Assembly: GCF_009914755.1 (NCBI RefSeq)
Contig: NC_060940.1
DNA length: 64,000 nucleotides
Strand: one strand, 5' to 3'
From: the human T2T-CHM13v2.0 reference genome, Homo sapiens
The number at the start of each line of letters is the position of its first letter. Position 1 is the first letter of the stretch. Below, piece by piece: positions 31,705-47,190 of the stretch. The translations under genes and the position numbers were made by a program. The notes under the pieces were generated by a model that was not told the origin of the DNA, did not search any database, and saw only the letters and a program-made list of their open reading frames with translations.

Positions 31705-32065
31705 AGATTTGGGGTTACAAATTCAAATTCCTACAGGGGCCAGGCAACTGTCTTAGATGTGTGAAACGTCCTAGATATAAGAAATGCCTGTAAATGAAAC
31801 CTTAAGAGTTTTTATAAGCATACAAATAAGTATGTAATATTTTGAAACATACTTATTTTTTGGTGTACCCACACAGGCCTAGCATCACCAGATTCTTCTC
31901 TCTTTTTTTTTTTTTTTTTTGTTTTGCCCCAAGAGAGGCAGGAAATGAGTATATTTATGGGAGCCTTCCTAATTTTGAAGTGTTGGTAAGTTCATTATTT
32001 TTAAAAAACTAAAAACCAACTTGCAGGCCAAACAAAATGTGGGCCACCAATGTGTAATCACTGAT
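31705..32065. mobile_element. hAT-Charlie type MITE (MER102-like), approximate
   Basis: ggggttacaaattcaaattcctacaggggccaggca...caggccaaacaaaatgtgggccacca. Confidence 0.5.
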
Positions 32066-32374
32066 GTAGATAATGCACTTCAATTAATCTAAAATCATCA
32101 ACTATTTTGGCAGCCCTCTCAGACTGCTGACTCACTGAGCTTTTCATCTGATGAAATCCTTAAGTGATTCACAAATACTTAATCTGAAAACCTCTTAATC
32201 TAACTTGTGTTCCTGGACTTGTAAATTGGGTTTCTGGACCTTAATACTTGCTCATGTTAAATCCATTCTGTTACTTATGTTTAAGGTCCTACATCTGTCT
32301 TCCAGCCTGATCACCCATCTTTTCAGCCATGTGTTGTTTTTGAATTCAACTCATTTGATCCTTTCTCTATGTCC

Positions 32375-32686
<312 letters not shown>

Positions 32687-32815
32687 TGATAAAAAAAATA
32701 CTGGATGAGACAAGACTGAGGAGGAAGACCCAGGGACCCTTTTTAGCAGAGCTTACCAGCGGGTGTCCAAGGATTGAATTTCCCTTCCTAGACATGTTTT
32801 GCTTCAACTAAAAAG

Positions 32816-33138
32816 ATATATATATATATATATATTATGTATATCACACACATATGTATGTATATCACACACATATGTGTATATCAAACACATATGTATG
32901 TATATCACACACATATGTATGTATATCACACACATATGTATGTATATCACACACATATATGTATGTATATCACACACATATATGTATGTATATCACACAT
33001 ATATGTATGTATATCACACATATATATGTATGTATATCACACATATATATGTATGTATATCACATATATGTATGTATATCACACATATATGCATGTATAT
33101 CACACATATATGTGTGTATATCATATATATATATATGC
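32816..33138 (+). repeat. AT-rich minisatellite, about 14 units of ~19-23 bp (GTATATCACACACATATGTAT)
   Basis: Units counted by the recurring GTATATCA. Confidence 0.93.
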
Positions 33139-34469
33139 ATGACCCATATTTAAAAGTAGGATATTTCATAACGAAATACCAGTATTAGGTATCTTTTGAA
33201 AAAGTGTCGTAACTGACAGCCCAAGTCTGCATTCCTTCATGGCACCAGGGCTAGAACTGAGAAGTAGCTGACTTTTTGGGGTGGATATGGGCTCCCCTAG
33301 TCATGCTATATGCCTCATTTTATGTGACTGGCCGGGCCCCATAGGCGTTTATGTTTGCCACTCTTTTAGAGGTCCCTTTAAGGTTGACATATATTCATTG
33401 ATTGATCAACTCATTTACACACGCATGCAGTCATTTTTTGGACCCCTGTCTATGTGCTCTGCACAATGCGAGGTGTGGGATATAATGGTGACCAAGACAG
33501 ATTCCAACCACTCACTCACAGATCCCACAGCCTACCAGGGAAGCCAGATATGGAACAATTATATACGTAATTTTACTTGTAAGTGCCACAAAGACAAATT
33601 GTATTAAGTAGTACCATGTGGCTGTGGAAGTTTAACTTGTCACTAATCCACCAAACTCTGAGAAGACAGCATATTTTCCGTCATTCCCAAAAGACTATCA
33701 CAGGCAACATTGAGGAATGCTTTGTTAAACTCCAGGGATATATTCCACATCACACTTCCCCCGTCCACCAGATTAGCAACTGTCCAAGGACAAAACAAAA
33801 CACACACTAAAAAGGAAATGGGGTTAGTCCGATATGTCTCCATCTCCTTATGCTGGTTCTTTTGTCTGCAGAAGCCACGGTTTCTTTTTCTTTTTGAAAA
33901 AAAAAAATGACATTTGCGTACCTCTCTGCGTTTCTCTTTCTCCAGGATTCTTCTGGGATCCTAGGCAGTGTGGTTTGGTGATCTCACTGGTGAGATCTCT
34001 TGGAGCCCTGGAATGCAATTCATCTGGGCCAGAAGAGTTGAACTAATAATTTAAGGACATCTGAGTGCTTCACTGATGTATTTGTTCTGCTCTGTCCCTT
34101 CAAAATACCACTACTCAAAACAATGTTCAGCTGGAGAAAGTGGTTAACACTGGAATTTTCTTTTTTTCTGAGACCTAAGTGACAGGGAAGGGTGGATGAA
34201 GGAAACATATCCTTTGAAAATCCTTTAGTTAGAATCCTTTGGTTGCAAGTAACATAAATGAACTCTGATTAATGTAAGCAAAAAAGAATTTGTTAGAAGG
34301 ATATGAGGGGGAGGGATGGACAGAGATGTGAAGGAAAAGATGAAGAACTAGGCTTTAGAAAGTCCTGAAACCAAATGAATTCTAGGGATCTAGGAAGCAG
34401 GGACTAATGACTGTTTCCTTCAGGACACCAGAGATGGGGTGAATAACTCTGTAAAAGATGCAAATTTCC

Positions 34470-34662
34470 CACCTGGGTAACATAGTGAGACCCTGTCCTT
34501 AAAAAAAAACAGTAGCCAGGCACAGTGCCTGTAGTCCCAGCTATGTGGAGGCTGAGGCAGAAGGATCACTTAAGCCCAGGAGCTCAAGACTGCAGTGAGC
34601 TATGATGGCACTGCTGCACCCCAGCCTGGGCAGCAGAGGGAGACCCTGTCTCTTAAAAAACA
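34470..34662 (+). mobile_element. Truncated AluJ/FRAM
   Basis: cctgggtaacatagtgagaccctgtc plus right arm. Confidence 0.82.
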
Positions 34663-35134
34663 AATGCTAAATTTTAGAGAGAATAGAGAGAATCTTTTCT
34701 TAAAAAGGTGCTAAGTCTGGGGAAGGAGCTTCTGATTGTCCTGCCTTGAGTCACACGACCATCTCTGACTTGTTGACCCCTCTACAATCCCATATAAGAC
34801 TCCCCAAGAGTAGATTCTGAGCAGGTAAAGCCCACGGGTGTTCCCAAAAGTCGGCCTCAACCTGAAGCCACTTATTCACTCTGAGCTCATCACCAATGGC
34901 ATGCCGCACTGTCAAAACTCTCTTTCTGTGCATTTGTCTGGGCCACTCAACTCAGGAAAGTTAGTTGTTCTGTGTGAGTCCCCATGTTCTCATTGATTTC
35001 ATTTCAGTCTTTAAGCTAAAAATCTGTGTAAATGGTAATGGAGAATGGCTACATCACACTTAGTATGTGTCAAAGCAGTATCCTAAGTGCCTTAGTGGTA
35101 TCAGCTTATTTAAGACTGACAGTACTCTGAGGTG

Positions 35135-36067
35135 CAGTCACTTCTTTTTTTTTTTTTCCTTTTTTTCAAAACAGAGTCTCACTCCGTCATCCACACTGGA
35201 GTGCAGTGGCATGATCTCGGCTCACCGCAACCTCCGCCTCCCAGGGTCAGGTGATTCTCATGCCTCAGCCTCCTGAGTAGTTGGGACTACAGGCATGCAC
35301 CACCACTCCTGGCTAATTTTTGCATTTTTAGTAGAGATGGGGTTTCACCACGTTGGCCAGGCCGGTCTTGAACTCCTGACCTCAGGTGATCCACCCACCT
35401 GGGCCTCCCAAAGTGCTGTAATTACAGGCGTGAGCCACCGCACCCGGCCTGTCACTTCTTGTCATTCACAGTAGTTATGTTCTGTAAAGTCACTGCAAAC
35501 ACTGAATTAATAAACACTGAACCATTGTTCCTAGGTGAAATACAAAGTTGGGTTCCTGTGAGCCTTTGGTCACAGCATTTTCATCCACTGATCAACCCGT
35601 AAGCTTATTCTGTGTGTGTTTCTGTTTAAAGACACCTTAATATATATTGTTGACTCATTAACATCTAACTCACTGCCAACAGCACTCCAACTCGTGCCTG
35701 ATCAAAGCTTATATAACACACGCATGACACATCTCGGACTCCTTGCACTTAGGAACACCAGATAGCACTTCACCATTACCCTATGGGACCATTTTACAGC
35801 AACGTCACCCTCAAAAAGCAGAAAAATGGGAAAAAGCATGCTGCTAATATACCACAGAGAGAATGCTTGTTTACAGCATGAGAGCTGAAGCCTGAAGGTA
35901 GAACATGGTTTTGTTCATCCTCAGCTGGGAACACATGTTGGCTGACTCAAATATTTTGCCACTCTGTACATGTCCGTGAGTGATCATGAAAGAACCTTGA
36001 GTATGGATTTGGCGGTTATAAATAAATTTTAGCAAGAGGTGAATTTGCAAATAATAAGGATTGACTA
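35135..36067. mobile_element. MER82 (TcMar-Tigger MITE) with an Alu inserted in its left end
   Basis: gtagttatgttctgtaaagtcactgcaaacactgaatta...gaatttgcaaataataaggattgacta; termini CAGTCA.. / ..TTGACTA. Confidence 0.8.
35145..35449 (-). mobile_element. Alu, AluS-like
   Basis: Full dimer; TSD GTCACTTCTT (35137-35146 / 35451-35460). Confidence 0.94.
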
Positions 36068-36207
36068 TAACCCCTGTTATTAGCTCTAGTTAACAGATGG
36101 GGGAATGGAGGTAAACAGCTCTCTGCAGGTCTTGCAGCCAGGGAGTGTAGAGGAGGCTTTGTCATTCTGGGTGCACAGCCTGCGTCCTTAAGAGGCAATG
36201 TAGTGTT

Positions 36208-36504
<297 letters not shown>

Positions 36505-36795
36505 GAGGCAGTGTAGTGGTTGAGTGCAGTGTAGCTCCTGCTGAGAGCTGGTTTTCATGTTTTGTGGGCACACAGGAAGTAGAGAATGCTGAGAGCTGGG
36601 CACTGAAGCAGTAGGAGATATGGGAGTGGGAAAGTGGTTTTCTTTAGTAAGTCTGGGCTGTTTTCATAGCCTAGGATGAAGTCCAGCAATACTCAACCTT
36701 GAGGTTTTCCAGGCACCTTCTCCTTGACACGAATCTCCTGCAAACAGATGTCATAGTAATCTGGGAATAAACCTTTGTTGGTCCTTTAGCTATCC

Positions 36796-37090
36796 TTTTT
36801 TTTTTTTTTTTTTTTTGAGACGGAGCCCCACTGTTGCCAGGAGTGCAGAAGCATGATCTCAGCTCATTGCAACCTCCGCCTCCCCAGTTCAAGTGATTCT
36901 CCAGCCTAGGCCTCCCGAGTAGCTGGGATTACAGGCATGCACCACCATGCCTGGCTAAGTTTTGTATTTTTAGTAGAGACGGGGTTTCACCATGTTGGCT
37001 AGGCTGGTCTCGAGCTCCTGACCTCAAGTGATCCGCCCGCCTCGACCTTTCAAAGTGTTGGGATTATAGGCGTGAGCCACTGAGCCCGGT
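36796..37090 (-). mobile_element. Alu, AluS-like
   Basis: TSD TGGTCCTTTAGCT. Confidence 0.94.
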
Positions 37091-37114
37091 GCCCTGGTCC
37101 TTTAGCTTTCTAAG

Positions 37115-37372
37115 ACAGCAGCATAGTAGTTCAGAGCATAGGCTCTTGGGCCATAGCTTCCTGAGTTCGAATCCTAGCTCTGCTGTTTTTTAAACTCTGT
37201 GACCTTGGGCAAGTCTTAACCTCTCTGTGCCTCAGTTTTCTTGTCTGCAAAATGGGATTAATAAAAACACCGATCTCATAGGATTGTTGTGAAAATCGAG
37301 TGAGTATGTTTATAGTGTTTAGGAAAGTTCCTGGTACACAAGACATGCTCTGAAAGTGTATTAATATTATTT
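37115..37372 (+). mobile_element. Near full-length MIR
   Basis: cagcatagtagttcagagcataggctct..ttcgaatcctagctctg..tgtgaccttgggcaagtcttaacctctctgtgcctcagttt. Confidence 0.9.
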
Positions 37373-38380
37373 GTCCTTAGACTCAGTAGTACTCTGGGGG
37401 AATCGAATCCCCACCCCTAAGCCAGGCAGCATGGTAGAAGCTAGGTCAGCTGGCAGGCTCCTGGGTCTTTTCCATTCTGCTGCAGGAGATGCCTGACTCA
37501 CCTCTTGTGCTCACACAGATGACAGCTAAATAGAAGGGCTCTTTCCTCCTAGTATTAGCTTAATTATAGGGGCTCCCTAGAACAGTGGGGAAAATGAGCT
37601 TTGAGAATCCCCCCACCACACACACAAGGCCCACACTAGCACCTGAAAGAGGAGTGAACATTGCTTCCTGCCTCCTTCTCCCCCTCCTTCTCACATATGC
37701 CTTTGTCTCTGTGATTCTGCACGTTTAATTTTTAATCCCGGGATGGGTTCTATTAGTTTTTGTGTATTTTCTCTGCCCTGGTTTGAGCTCCAAAAGGTCT
37801 GTTTGGGTCTCTGTGGGTGTCTGACAGCCTCTGCAGGCCTTTCTGAATTATATAACTCAAGCTTTGTATTTTCTATTTGTTACTGGGGGTTCTTTCTGTG
37901 CTATAATTTTACTCTTAGAAAATGAAGTAGGGTACTAGAATTTTCTCTGGGATCCCCTAGGGTTTCCTTCTGAATATTTTTTCCTGCCATATTTTCTTCG
38001 CTAAAACATTTTTTTTTCTTATTTCAGAAGCAATACATCTTCATTATAGAACATTACAACAAGATGCAGAGAAAGAAAATAATCTTATCAAGCAGAAATG
38101 TTAATACCTTGCTATCTACCCTTGTCTCTCTGTCTCTGTCTCCTCAAACACACACAAATGGGGTCAAGATGACATAAGAGACTATCTGCTTTTCAATTCA
38201 CATTTTACGATCTTTTTTTTTGTATGGTTCTGTAGTCTCCACTGCTTGGCTTGACGATCTTTAACAGGTGCCCTCCGGATGGTCATGGGGGTATTTTCCA
38301 TTTCTCACTGTTACAAGCAGTGCTCTGATGAAACACCTTTTGCTGGCATTCCTAATTATGTCCTGAGAGCAGACTTCTAG

Positions 38381-38925
<545 letters not shown>

Positions 38926-39249
38926 TAAGTGAAAACTTGATTTTTAAAAAATAATTACAAAATTTTAAAATCATGGTAAAAAACACATAACATAAAATTT
39001 ACCATCTTAACTATTTTTTTAAGTGTACAGTATCATTTTAAGTACATTTACATTGTTGTGCAACAGTTAGGACTTTTCATCTCGTAAAACTGAAACTCTA
39101 TACCCACTGGCAATAACTTCCCATTTCTTCCTCCCCCCCGAGCCTCTGGTAACCACCATTCTGCTTCCTGTTTCTATGAGTTTGGCTATTTTAGATGCCT
39201 CATGTAAGTGGACTCTTGCAGTATTTGTCTTTTCATGGCTGGTTTCTTC

Positions 39250-39263
39250 CTTTTTTTCTTTTC

Positions 39264-39317
<54 letters not shown>

Positions 39318-39434
39318 CTTTCTTTCTTTCTTTCTCTTTCTTTCTTTCTTTCTTCCTTCCTTCCTTCCTTCCTTCCTTCCTTCCTTCCTTCCTTCCTTCT
39401 TCCTTTCCTTTCTTTCTTTCCTTTTTTTTTTTTT
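39250..39434 (+). repeat. (TTTC)n(TTCC)n polypyrimidine tract
   Basis: Direct read; Alu tail. Confidence 0.95.
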
Positions 39435-39876
39435 GACAGGGTCTCCCTGTTTCTCGCAGGCCAGGCTGGAGTGCAGTGGGGCAATCACAGCTCATGGCAG
39501 CCTTGACCTCCTGTGCTCAAGGGATCCTCCCATCTCAGCCTCCTGAGTAACTGGGACTTCAGGCACACACTACCATGCCCGGTTAATTTTTTTCTTGATT
39601 TTTAATAGAGACAAGGTCTTGCTATGTTGCCCAGGGTTGTCTCAAACTCCTGGCCTCAAGAGATCCTCCCATCTCAGCCTCCTGAGTAGCTGGGATTACA
39701 GGTGCACACTACCATGCCCAGTTAATTTTTTTTCTTGATTTTTAATAGAGACAAGGTTCTTGCTATGTTGCCCAGGCTGGTCTCAAACTCCTGGCCTCAA
39801 GTGATCCTCCCACCTCAGCCTCTCAAGGTGAAGGGATGAGCCTCCCAAAGTGAAGGCGTGAGCCATTGCACCTGGG
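39435..39876 (-). mobile_element. AluJ with a ~140-bp internal tandem duplication
   Basis: Units at about 39516-39654 and 39655-39795; TSD ATG(G/A)CTGGTTT(C/A)TT (39235-39248 / 39877-39890). Confidence 0.9.
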
Positions 39877-40090
39877 ATGACTGGTTTATTTCACTTAGTG
39901 TAATGCCCTCAAAGTTCATTCATGTTGTAGCATATGTCAGAATTTTCTTCCTCTTTAAGGTTGATTAATATTCCATTGTATGAATAGGCAACATTTTGCT
40001 TATATATTAATCGGTCAATGGACATTTGAGTTGCTTTCACCTCTTGGCTATTGTGAATAATGCTGTTGTGAACATGGGTATACAAATATC

Positions 40091-40225
40091 TTTTTTTTTT
40101 TTTTTTGTAGAGATGGGGTCTCCCTATGTTGGCCAGGCTTGTCTCAAACTCCTTGGCCCAAGCAATCCTCCTACCTCAGCCTCCCAAAGTGCTGAGATTA
40201 CAGGTGTGAACTACTGCACCTGGCT
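40091..40225 (-). mobile_element. FLAM in L1MB
   Basis: Single left monomer with T-tail. Confidence 0.85.
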
Positions 40226-40349
40226 GAGACTCCACTTCCAATTCTTTTGGATATAGATCCTGAAGTGGAATTGCTGATGGTAGAAACTGTCTCGGGAAGA
40301 TTTTTCTGGGGATTTGGCTTCTAACTGCACCACAGCTCCAGTGGAAACA

Positions 40350-41065
40350 TCTATTCATTAAACTGGCATTTATTGAGGACCAGCTTTGTTCCAGTCACTG
40401 AACAAGGCTGGGGGCATAGCGTGGCTTACATAGGTCCCCACCCTCCATGGAGCTGATATTCAGCAAGAAGCCAGACAATACACAGGTAAGCAAATTGAAA
40501 AAAACAGGATGAGATCCACTGGCGATAAATGTCATGATACTGAATCAGGATTTGACAACAGAGTGATGTGGTGAGTGGCTACTTTAGATCAGAAAGGCCT
40601 TCCTAACTGGGTGACAGGTGACCTGAGAACTACAAGGTGGGGAGGAGCTAGCCACACAGAATTTGGGAAAATACCATTCTGGGCCCTGGGATGAGCAATG
40701 GAAAGGTCTTGAGGAGGAAAGTGGCTAGGCGTGATCCTTGTTGCTGGGGTGTGGTGGGTGTGGGGCCAGATCATAAGGGGCCCCACAGGATGAGCCTCTG
40801 TGCTAAGTGCAGTGGGAAGCCACTGGAGAGTTTTAGGTAGGCGAGATGCAAAGGATCAGATTTGTATTTAACACACCTTCCATTGGCTGCCAAGTAGAGA
40901 ATGGATTGTTGGGGACTGGAGCAGAAGTGGGAGGATGAGTCAGGAGTCAATTGCAGATTTCTAGGTGAGAGATGGTGTCTTTGTCTGCACGGGCAGCAGT
41001 GCAGAGGGAGAGACACAGGCAGATTTGGGAGGTAAAAGGACTTACTGGTAGATGGGATATGAATT
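40350..41065 (-). mobile_element. L2
   Basis: catttattgaggac...ggagctgatatt...gggaagccactggagagttttag. Confidence 0.75.
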
Positions 41066-41160
41066 GGAAGAGGGAAGCAAATGCACAGCTGGGCACCTGG
41101 TACACTTTACATATGACGTCTTTGAACTTCGTAGCAATCCCATAACCACATTTTGTAGAT

Positions 41161-41484
41161 CTGTGTTGTCCAGTAGAAATATAACATGAGCCATAAACCT
41201 GAGCTGTGTATGTAATTTAAAATGTTCTTAGCAATCACATTAAAATGGTCAAAGGAAACAGGTGAAATGAACTGTGAGAATGTTTTCTTTAACTCAGCAT
41301 ATTCCAAATATTCCCATATCAACATGTAATCAATATAAAATTATTAATGAGATATTTTACTTCCCCGCATAGCAAGTCTTCAACATTTGATATGTATTTT
41401 ACACGTACAGCACATCTCAATTCAACCACACTTCAAGTACTCAGTAGCCACATATGGCTAGTGGTTACCATATTGGTAGCACAG
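41161..41484. mobile_element. MER33 (hAT-Charlie MITE) inserted in a MIR
   Basis: TIRs CTGTGTTGTCCA / TTGGTAGCACAG; 8-bp TSD TT(G/A)TAGAT (41153-41160 / 41485-41492). Confidence 0.85.
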
Positions 41485-41874
41485 TTATAGATGAGGAAAG
41501 AGAGTCTCAGAGAGTATAAGTTCTTATGCAAGCTTATAGAATTAGGACTTGAACCCTAATTTGACTCTGGCACCCGTGTTGTGCTCAAAGCACTGCATCC
41601 ACCCCCAATGATGAAGACATTTTCAATGTAAGCAAAAGTCCTGGAGATTTCCCCACATCATATAGATGGGGACATAGGAACTAACATTTGTCATATATTT
41701 ATATTTTCCTTTCCAAAGCAGATCAACCCCAAGTTACCTTCCCTTAGCTCTCGTTTTCTGCCTCTCTTTGCAAATATCACTTCATTAAAAATTGTGAACA
41801 TTCTCTTTGCCTTCCCTTATGGGCTTCCTGTTTGAACACCACATCCAGGGCACCCTGGGAACTGAACCATCTCC

Positions 41875-42178
<304 letters not shown>

Positions 42179-42623
42179 CATATCTCCTTTTCTTTTGTGG
42201 CATTCTAGTAGCCCTTTGGTTCATGAGATCATTTAGTTGTTCAGCAAATATGGATGATTGAATGGATATAATAGGTGCAGGGCCTTTGGGATCAGACAAA
42301 CCTGGATTTGACTCCCAGGTTCTCAAGATGGATGATCTTGGGCAAGTTATTTAATTTCTCTGGATTTTAGTTTCCTTGCCAGCAAACTCAAGATAATAGT
42401 AATGCCTACTTTTAAGTAGTTATTGTGAAGATTATAAGGAATTAACAATAACGATAATAATAAGTAATAATGATACATGTTGTTTATTAGAGCCTGCTAT
42501 ATGCCAGACACTAACTCTATGATTTAACCTTCTCCTGCTACCCTTTACTCTTATTATTTCTTTAGGAGTGAAATTCACTAATCATTAAGCTTTTTAACTA
42601 ACTGAATCAATTCTGTTTCTTAA

Positions 42624-42971
<348 letters not shown>

Positions 42972-43768
42972 TATCCACAGCTGGTTTCCCCTCTTTGCCC
43001 CCTTTTCTGGCATTCTCTTCTGATTCACTCTCAACTCTGATTTCCAAGCTACCCAGCTCCTTCCCCTAGTGTGAATCTGTATTTGCACTGGATTTATTTT
43101 TAAATGGGAAATGAAAGCCACTGTGTGCTGGAAAATATATATTTCAGACACGAGGAAGCTGGTGGGGAAATATTTTTTGGATGTCTTTCTAGATCTCTTA
43201 AAAATCCTGTGAGCCATCACCAGGTTGATCTTGTAGTAAGGTGGCCTTGGCCTTAGTGTATTTCTTTTTGACTCGATATTGGGCGGCAGGAGGTTTGAGG
43301 ATTGTGATACTAACAACATTAACAACAACAAACTTTCATTGATTGATTGCCATGTGCTGGAAATGTGCTAATAAATTACATTTATTTTCTCTTTGAATCC
43401 TCAAACCAACTCTTTGAGACAAGTGTGTTGTATTACAGCTGTAGAAACTGAGGTCCTAAGAGGTCAGTAGATTTGCTGAAGGTCACAGAGCTGAGATCCA
43501 AATCTAAGCATCACAGCAAGAAGTATCCTTAACCATCATCTTTGCTGTTGGTTGGCATTAGTCTGGCTGTGCTAAGAAAGTTTCCTTTGACTTGCAGATG
43601 GATCAAGGCTTTTCTTGAGAGAGGCTTCTCTTGCCTGGTTCTCCTTGATTCTTTTACTCTAGGAGACTCAGTTCTTCTCAAATCCCTGTCTGTGGGACTT
43701 TGGGCAAAACATTCAACGTCATCTTTACCTCTTAGAGTCACTGCGAGGGTTGGACTATGGTGTGTTAG

Positions 43769-44264
<496 letters not shown>

Positions 44265-44409
44265 TAGTTCTCTACCTGTCAGCTTGGACTTAAGGAAAGG
44301 AAGTTCTCTTTTCTTGGGGGGTCACTGGGGCCATGGGCGTCTTTCCACTCCATTTCTTTTCCAAAGCTGCCTCTGGAACGAATCTGTAAATCCCAGGGCA
44401 TTGCATGAG

Positions 44410-44493
44410 TTTTCTTTTCTTTCTTTCCTTCTTTCTTTCTCTCTCTTTCTTTCCTTCTTGCTTTCTTGCTTTCTTTCTTGCTTTCTTGCTTTC
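44410..44493 (+). repeat. (TTTC)/(TTTCTTGC)n low-complexity tract
   Basis: Direct read. Confidence 0.85.
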
Positions 44494-44565
44494 TGTCACT
44501 GAAAGCAAATATTGTAGACAGATATGCTTGTAGGATAGAAATAAAATGCCCCATTCTTTGAAACA

Positions 44566-45218
44566 TATTTTGTTTTTTATTTTAGATTCATGGAGTATGT
44601 GTGCAAGTTTGTCACATGGGTATATTGCGTGATGCTGAGGTTTAGGCATTGAACTTGTTACCCAAATAGTGAGCATAGTACCCAGTAGGTAGTTTTTAAA
44701 CCATTACCCCCTTCTCTCCCTCCTTTCCGAGTTCCCAATGTCTGTTGTTTCCATATTTGTGTCTGTGTATACCCCTTGTTTAGCTTCCACTATAGGTGAG
44801 AACATGTGGTATTTGGTTTTCTGTTTTTCTGTGATAATTCACTTAGGATAATGGCCTTCAGCTGCATCCATGTTGCTGCAAAGGACATGATTTCATTTTT
44901 TTTATGGCTGTGTAGTATTCCATAGTGTATATGCACCACATTTTCTTTATCCAATCCATTGTTGATGGGCACCTTGGTGGATTCCATGTTTTTGCTGTTA
45001 TGGACAGTGATGCAATAAACATGAGAGTGAAGGTGTCTTTTTGGTGGAATGATGTGTTTTCCTTTGGGTATATACCCAGTAATGGGAATGCTGGATTGAA
45101 TGGCAATTCTATTTTTAGTTCTTTGAGAAGTCTCTAAACTGCTTCCCAGAGGGGCTGAACTAATTTACAATTTCACCAACAGTGTAAGAGCGTCCTTTTT
45201 TCTCCGTAATCTCACCAA
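44566..45218 (-). mobile_element. L1PB 3' fragment
   Basis: ORF 44858-45106(-) PFNPAFPLLGIYPKE..WIKKMWCIYTMEYYTAIKK is the ORF2p C-terminus; 3'UTR present. Confidence 0.9.
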
Positions 45219-46404
45219 GGCACTGCATAAGCTATCTGAGTGGCCAGCAGGCAGTATGCTTGAAGGATTCTCCAGCTGGGGGTGCTGGGCCCAAAGGCTG
45301 GCAGCTGTATGGTCCTGGCCTTTTTCTCTCCAGCAGGGTCCCCATGATCTTCCCAGGTCTAGTTTTTTCTTGAGCACACCTGCATCTGACAGTTAATTGC
45401 AAGAATCTGACTTGCTGAACTCTCATTTCTCCCTCCTCCTTTAGCGCATCAAGTCCCCTTCTTTGTTTTCCCAGCTTGGTTCTTGCAAGGACTACCTAGA
45501 GGAGGACTTCAGGCAATCCCTTTCTCCCTGGTGGGCTGCTGTGTTCTCACCAATAAATCAATGCTCTCTCTAGTTTCAGGCTGCCTCTTAGGACAGATGC
45601 TGATACCAAGTGACTTTTGAGGTTGTTGAGTTGAGACACTTGGACCAAACAGCGGAAGGCACAGCTTGGCTCAGCTAAAGGAAGCTCCGTGAAAGCTCTC
45701 TGAGTGGGCCTATTGGCTCCATGAGTTGGCAGGCTGGCCCTCCTCTAGGAGATGGTGGGTCCTCATGGGCTGTAGCAGGGCCAGGCCACAGGAGCAGACT
45801 GCTGGAGGAGAACATTTAGGGCCATCTTCCTTGCTGCCTTTCTGTGATCTCTTCACCCAGGAAGCTGAATGCTGTTGGCAAGCAAAAGGGTGCTTGGTAA
45901 CCATTTCTTTTTTAAGTGTGTGCTGGTGCCAGGGAGGGAGAAATCCTCAAAACCCATTGTGTCTGACTCAGGCACCACTGGTTTGGCCATAACCGCTAGT
46001 TTATCCTCCCTCCCTCTGCCACCCTCGTCATGTTTCTCGACCACAACCTGTCTGGACCTTCCCTGGGTTGGCCAGGGCTTGATAATCTTTTTCTGTAAGG
46101 AGTTATCCCTTCCTCATCTGCCAGGATGGGGCTACTGTGCAGGGACTGGGTAACAGGCTTGAAGTTGCAAGAGGGCTGGAAGGGTCTCACTAGCAAGCAC
46201 ACATTATGTCTTATATAGGTCCCTGGCCTTGTGCTTCAGACCCTATCACAGCTTTTCCACAGCTGGGGCTGTTGAGAATGTAAGTGGTCACATAGCTGGA
46301 TGGCTAAGATGGGGGGAGTATGAGACCTGCAAGCGTGTGAGTCTCCTTTTGCTAGCAGAGTGTGAATGAAATGTATTTATTTTCCCAATAAATTCGACAT
46401 GACT

Positions 46405-46510
46405 GATCATTCATCCACCCACTTACCCACCCATCTACTCACTAACCCACCCACTCAGTCATCTACACAGCTGTTCACTCGTCCATCCATCCATCCATCC
46501 ATCCATCCAT

Positions 46511-46545
<35 letters not shown>

Positions 46546-46548
46546 CAT
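46405..46548 (+). repeat. (TCCA)n tract
   Basis: Direct read. Confidence 0.92.
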
Positions 46549-46820
46549 TCAATGTAGTGTAATGATTAAGAGCATAGAGTTTGGAGTTATCCTGCTTAGG
46601 TTTGAATCCCACCTCTGCCACTCACCAAGCATGTGATCTTGGTTCAGTTTTAAAACCTCTCCTTGTCTCAGTCTCCTCAGCTATAAAATGAGATTGATGT
46701 TGAAATTAATAACAGAGCCTACCTTACGGCATTATAAAGGTTATGTGAGTCAGTATGTGTAAGGTGCTTTCAGTAGTGCCTGGGTCATAGCAGTGCTATC
46801 TAAGTGTTAGCTATTAGCAT
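46549..46820 (+). mobile_element. MIR
   Basis: gtgtaatgattaagagcatagagtttggag...tttgaatcccacctctgccactcac. Confidence 0.85.
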
Positions 46821-46889
46821 TATGGCATCTACTCACCTGTTTATCATCTATAATAGTCATTAAAGGTCTTCAATAAATATTTCTGGTCT

Positions 46890-47190
46890 TTGGCCTTGCA
46901 GGCCAATGGTAGGATTGCACTGCTTGCCTCCCTTGTGGGTAGGTGGGGCCGTATGAGTAGCTCTGACCAGTGAGTTGTGATCCAAAGTGATGTATGTTCA
47001 CTTTTATGCTGGGACATGTAATTGCTGGTTCTAGATTATCCAGAAAAAATCTTTGAGTTATGGCTGCTCTATCAACTTGCTCCTGGAGACATAGAACTTC
47101 TTCCTTAGCTGATCAGGCATGAGGCTGTAGTATGTGAGAAAAACAAACTTTTACCTATTTTGAGGGTTATTACTGCAGGATAACCCAGTT
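46890..47190 (+). mobile_element. MLT1J-like fragment (approximate)
   Basis: cctcccttgtgggtaggtggggccgtatg...tgttgtgatc...gttattactgcaggataacc. Confidence 0.5.

Larger units (their letters stand above)
38960..40282 (-). mobile_element. L1MB 3' fragment with nested Alu, microsatellite and FLAM
   Basis: acataacataaaatttaccatcttaac 3' end; the element resumes after each insertion. Confidence 0.82.
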
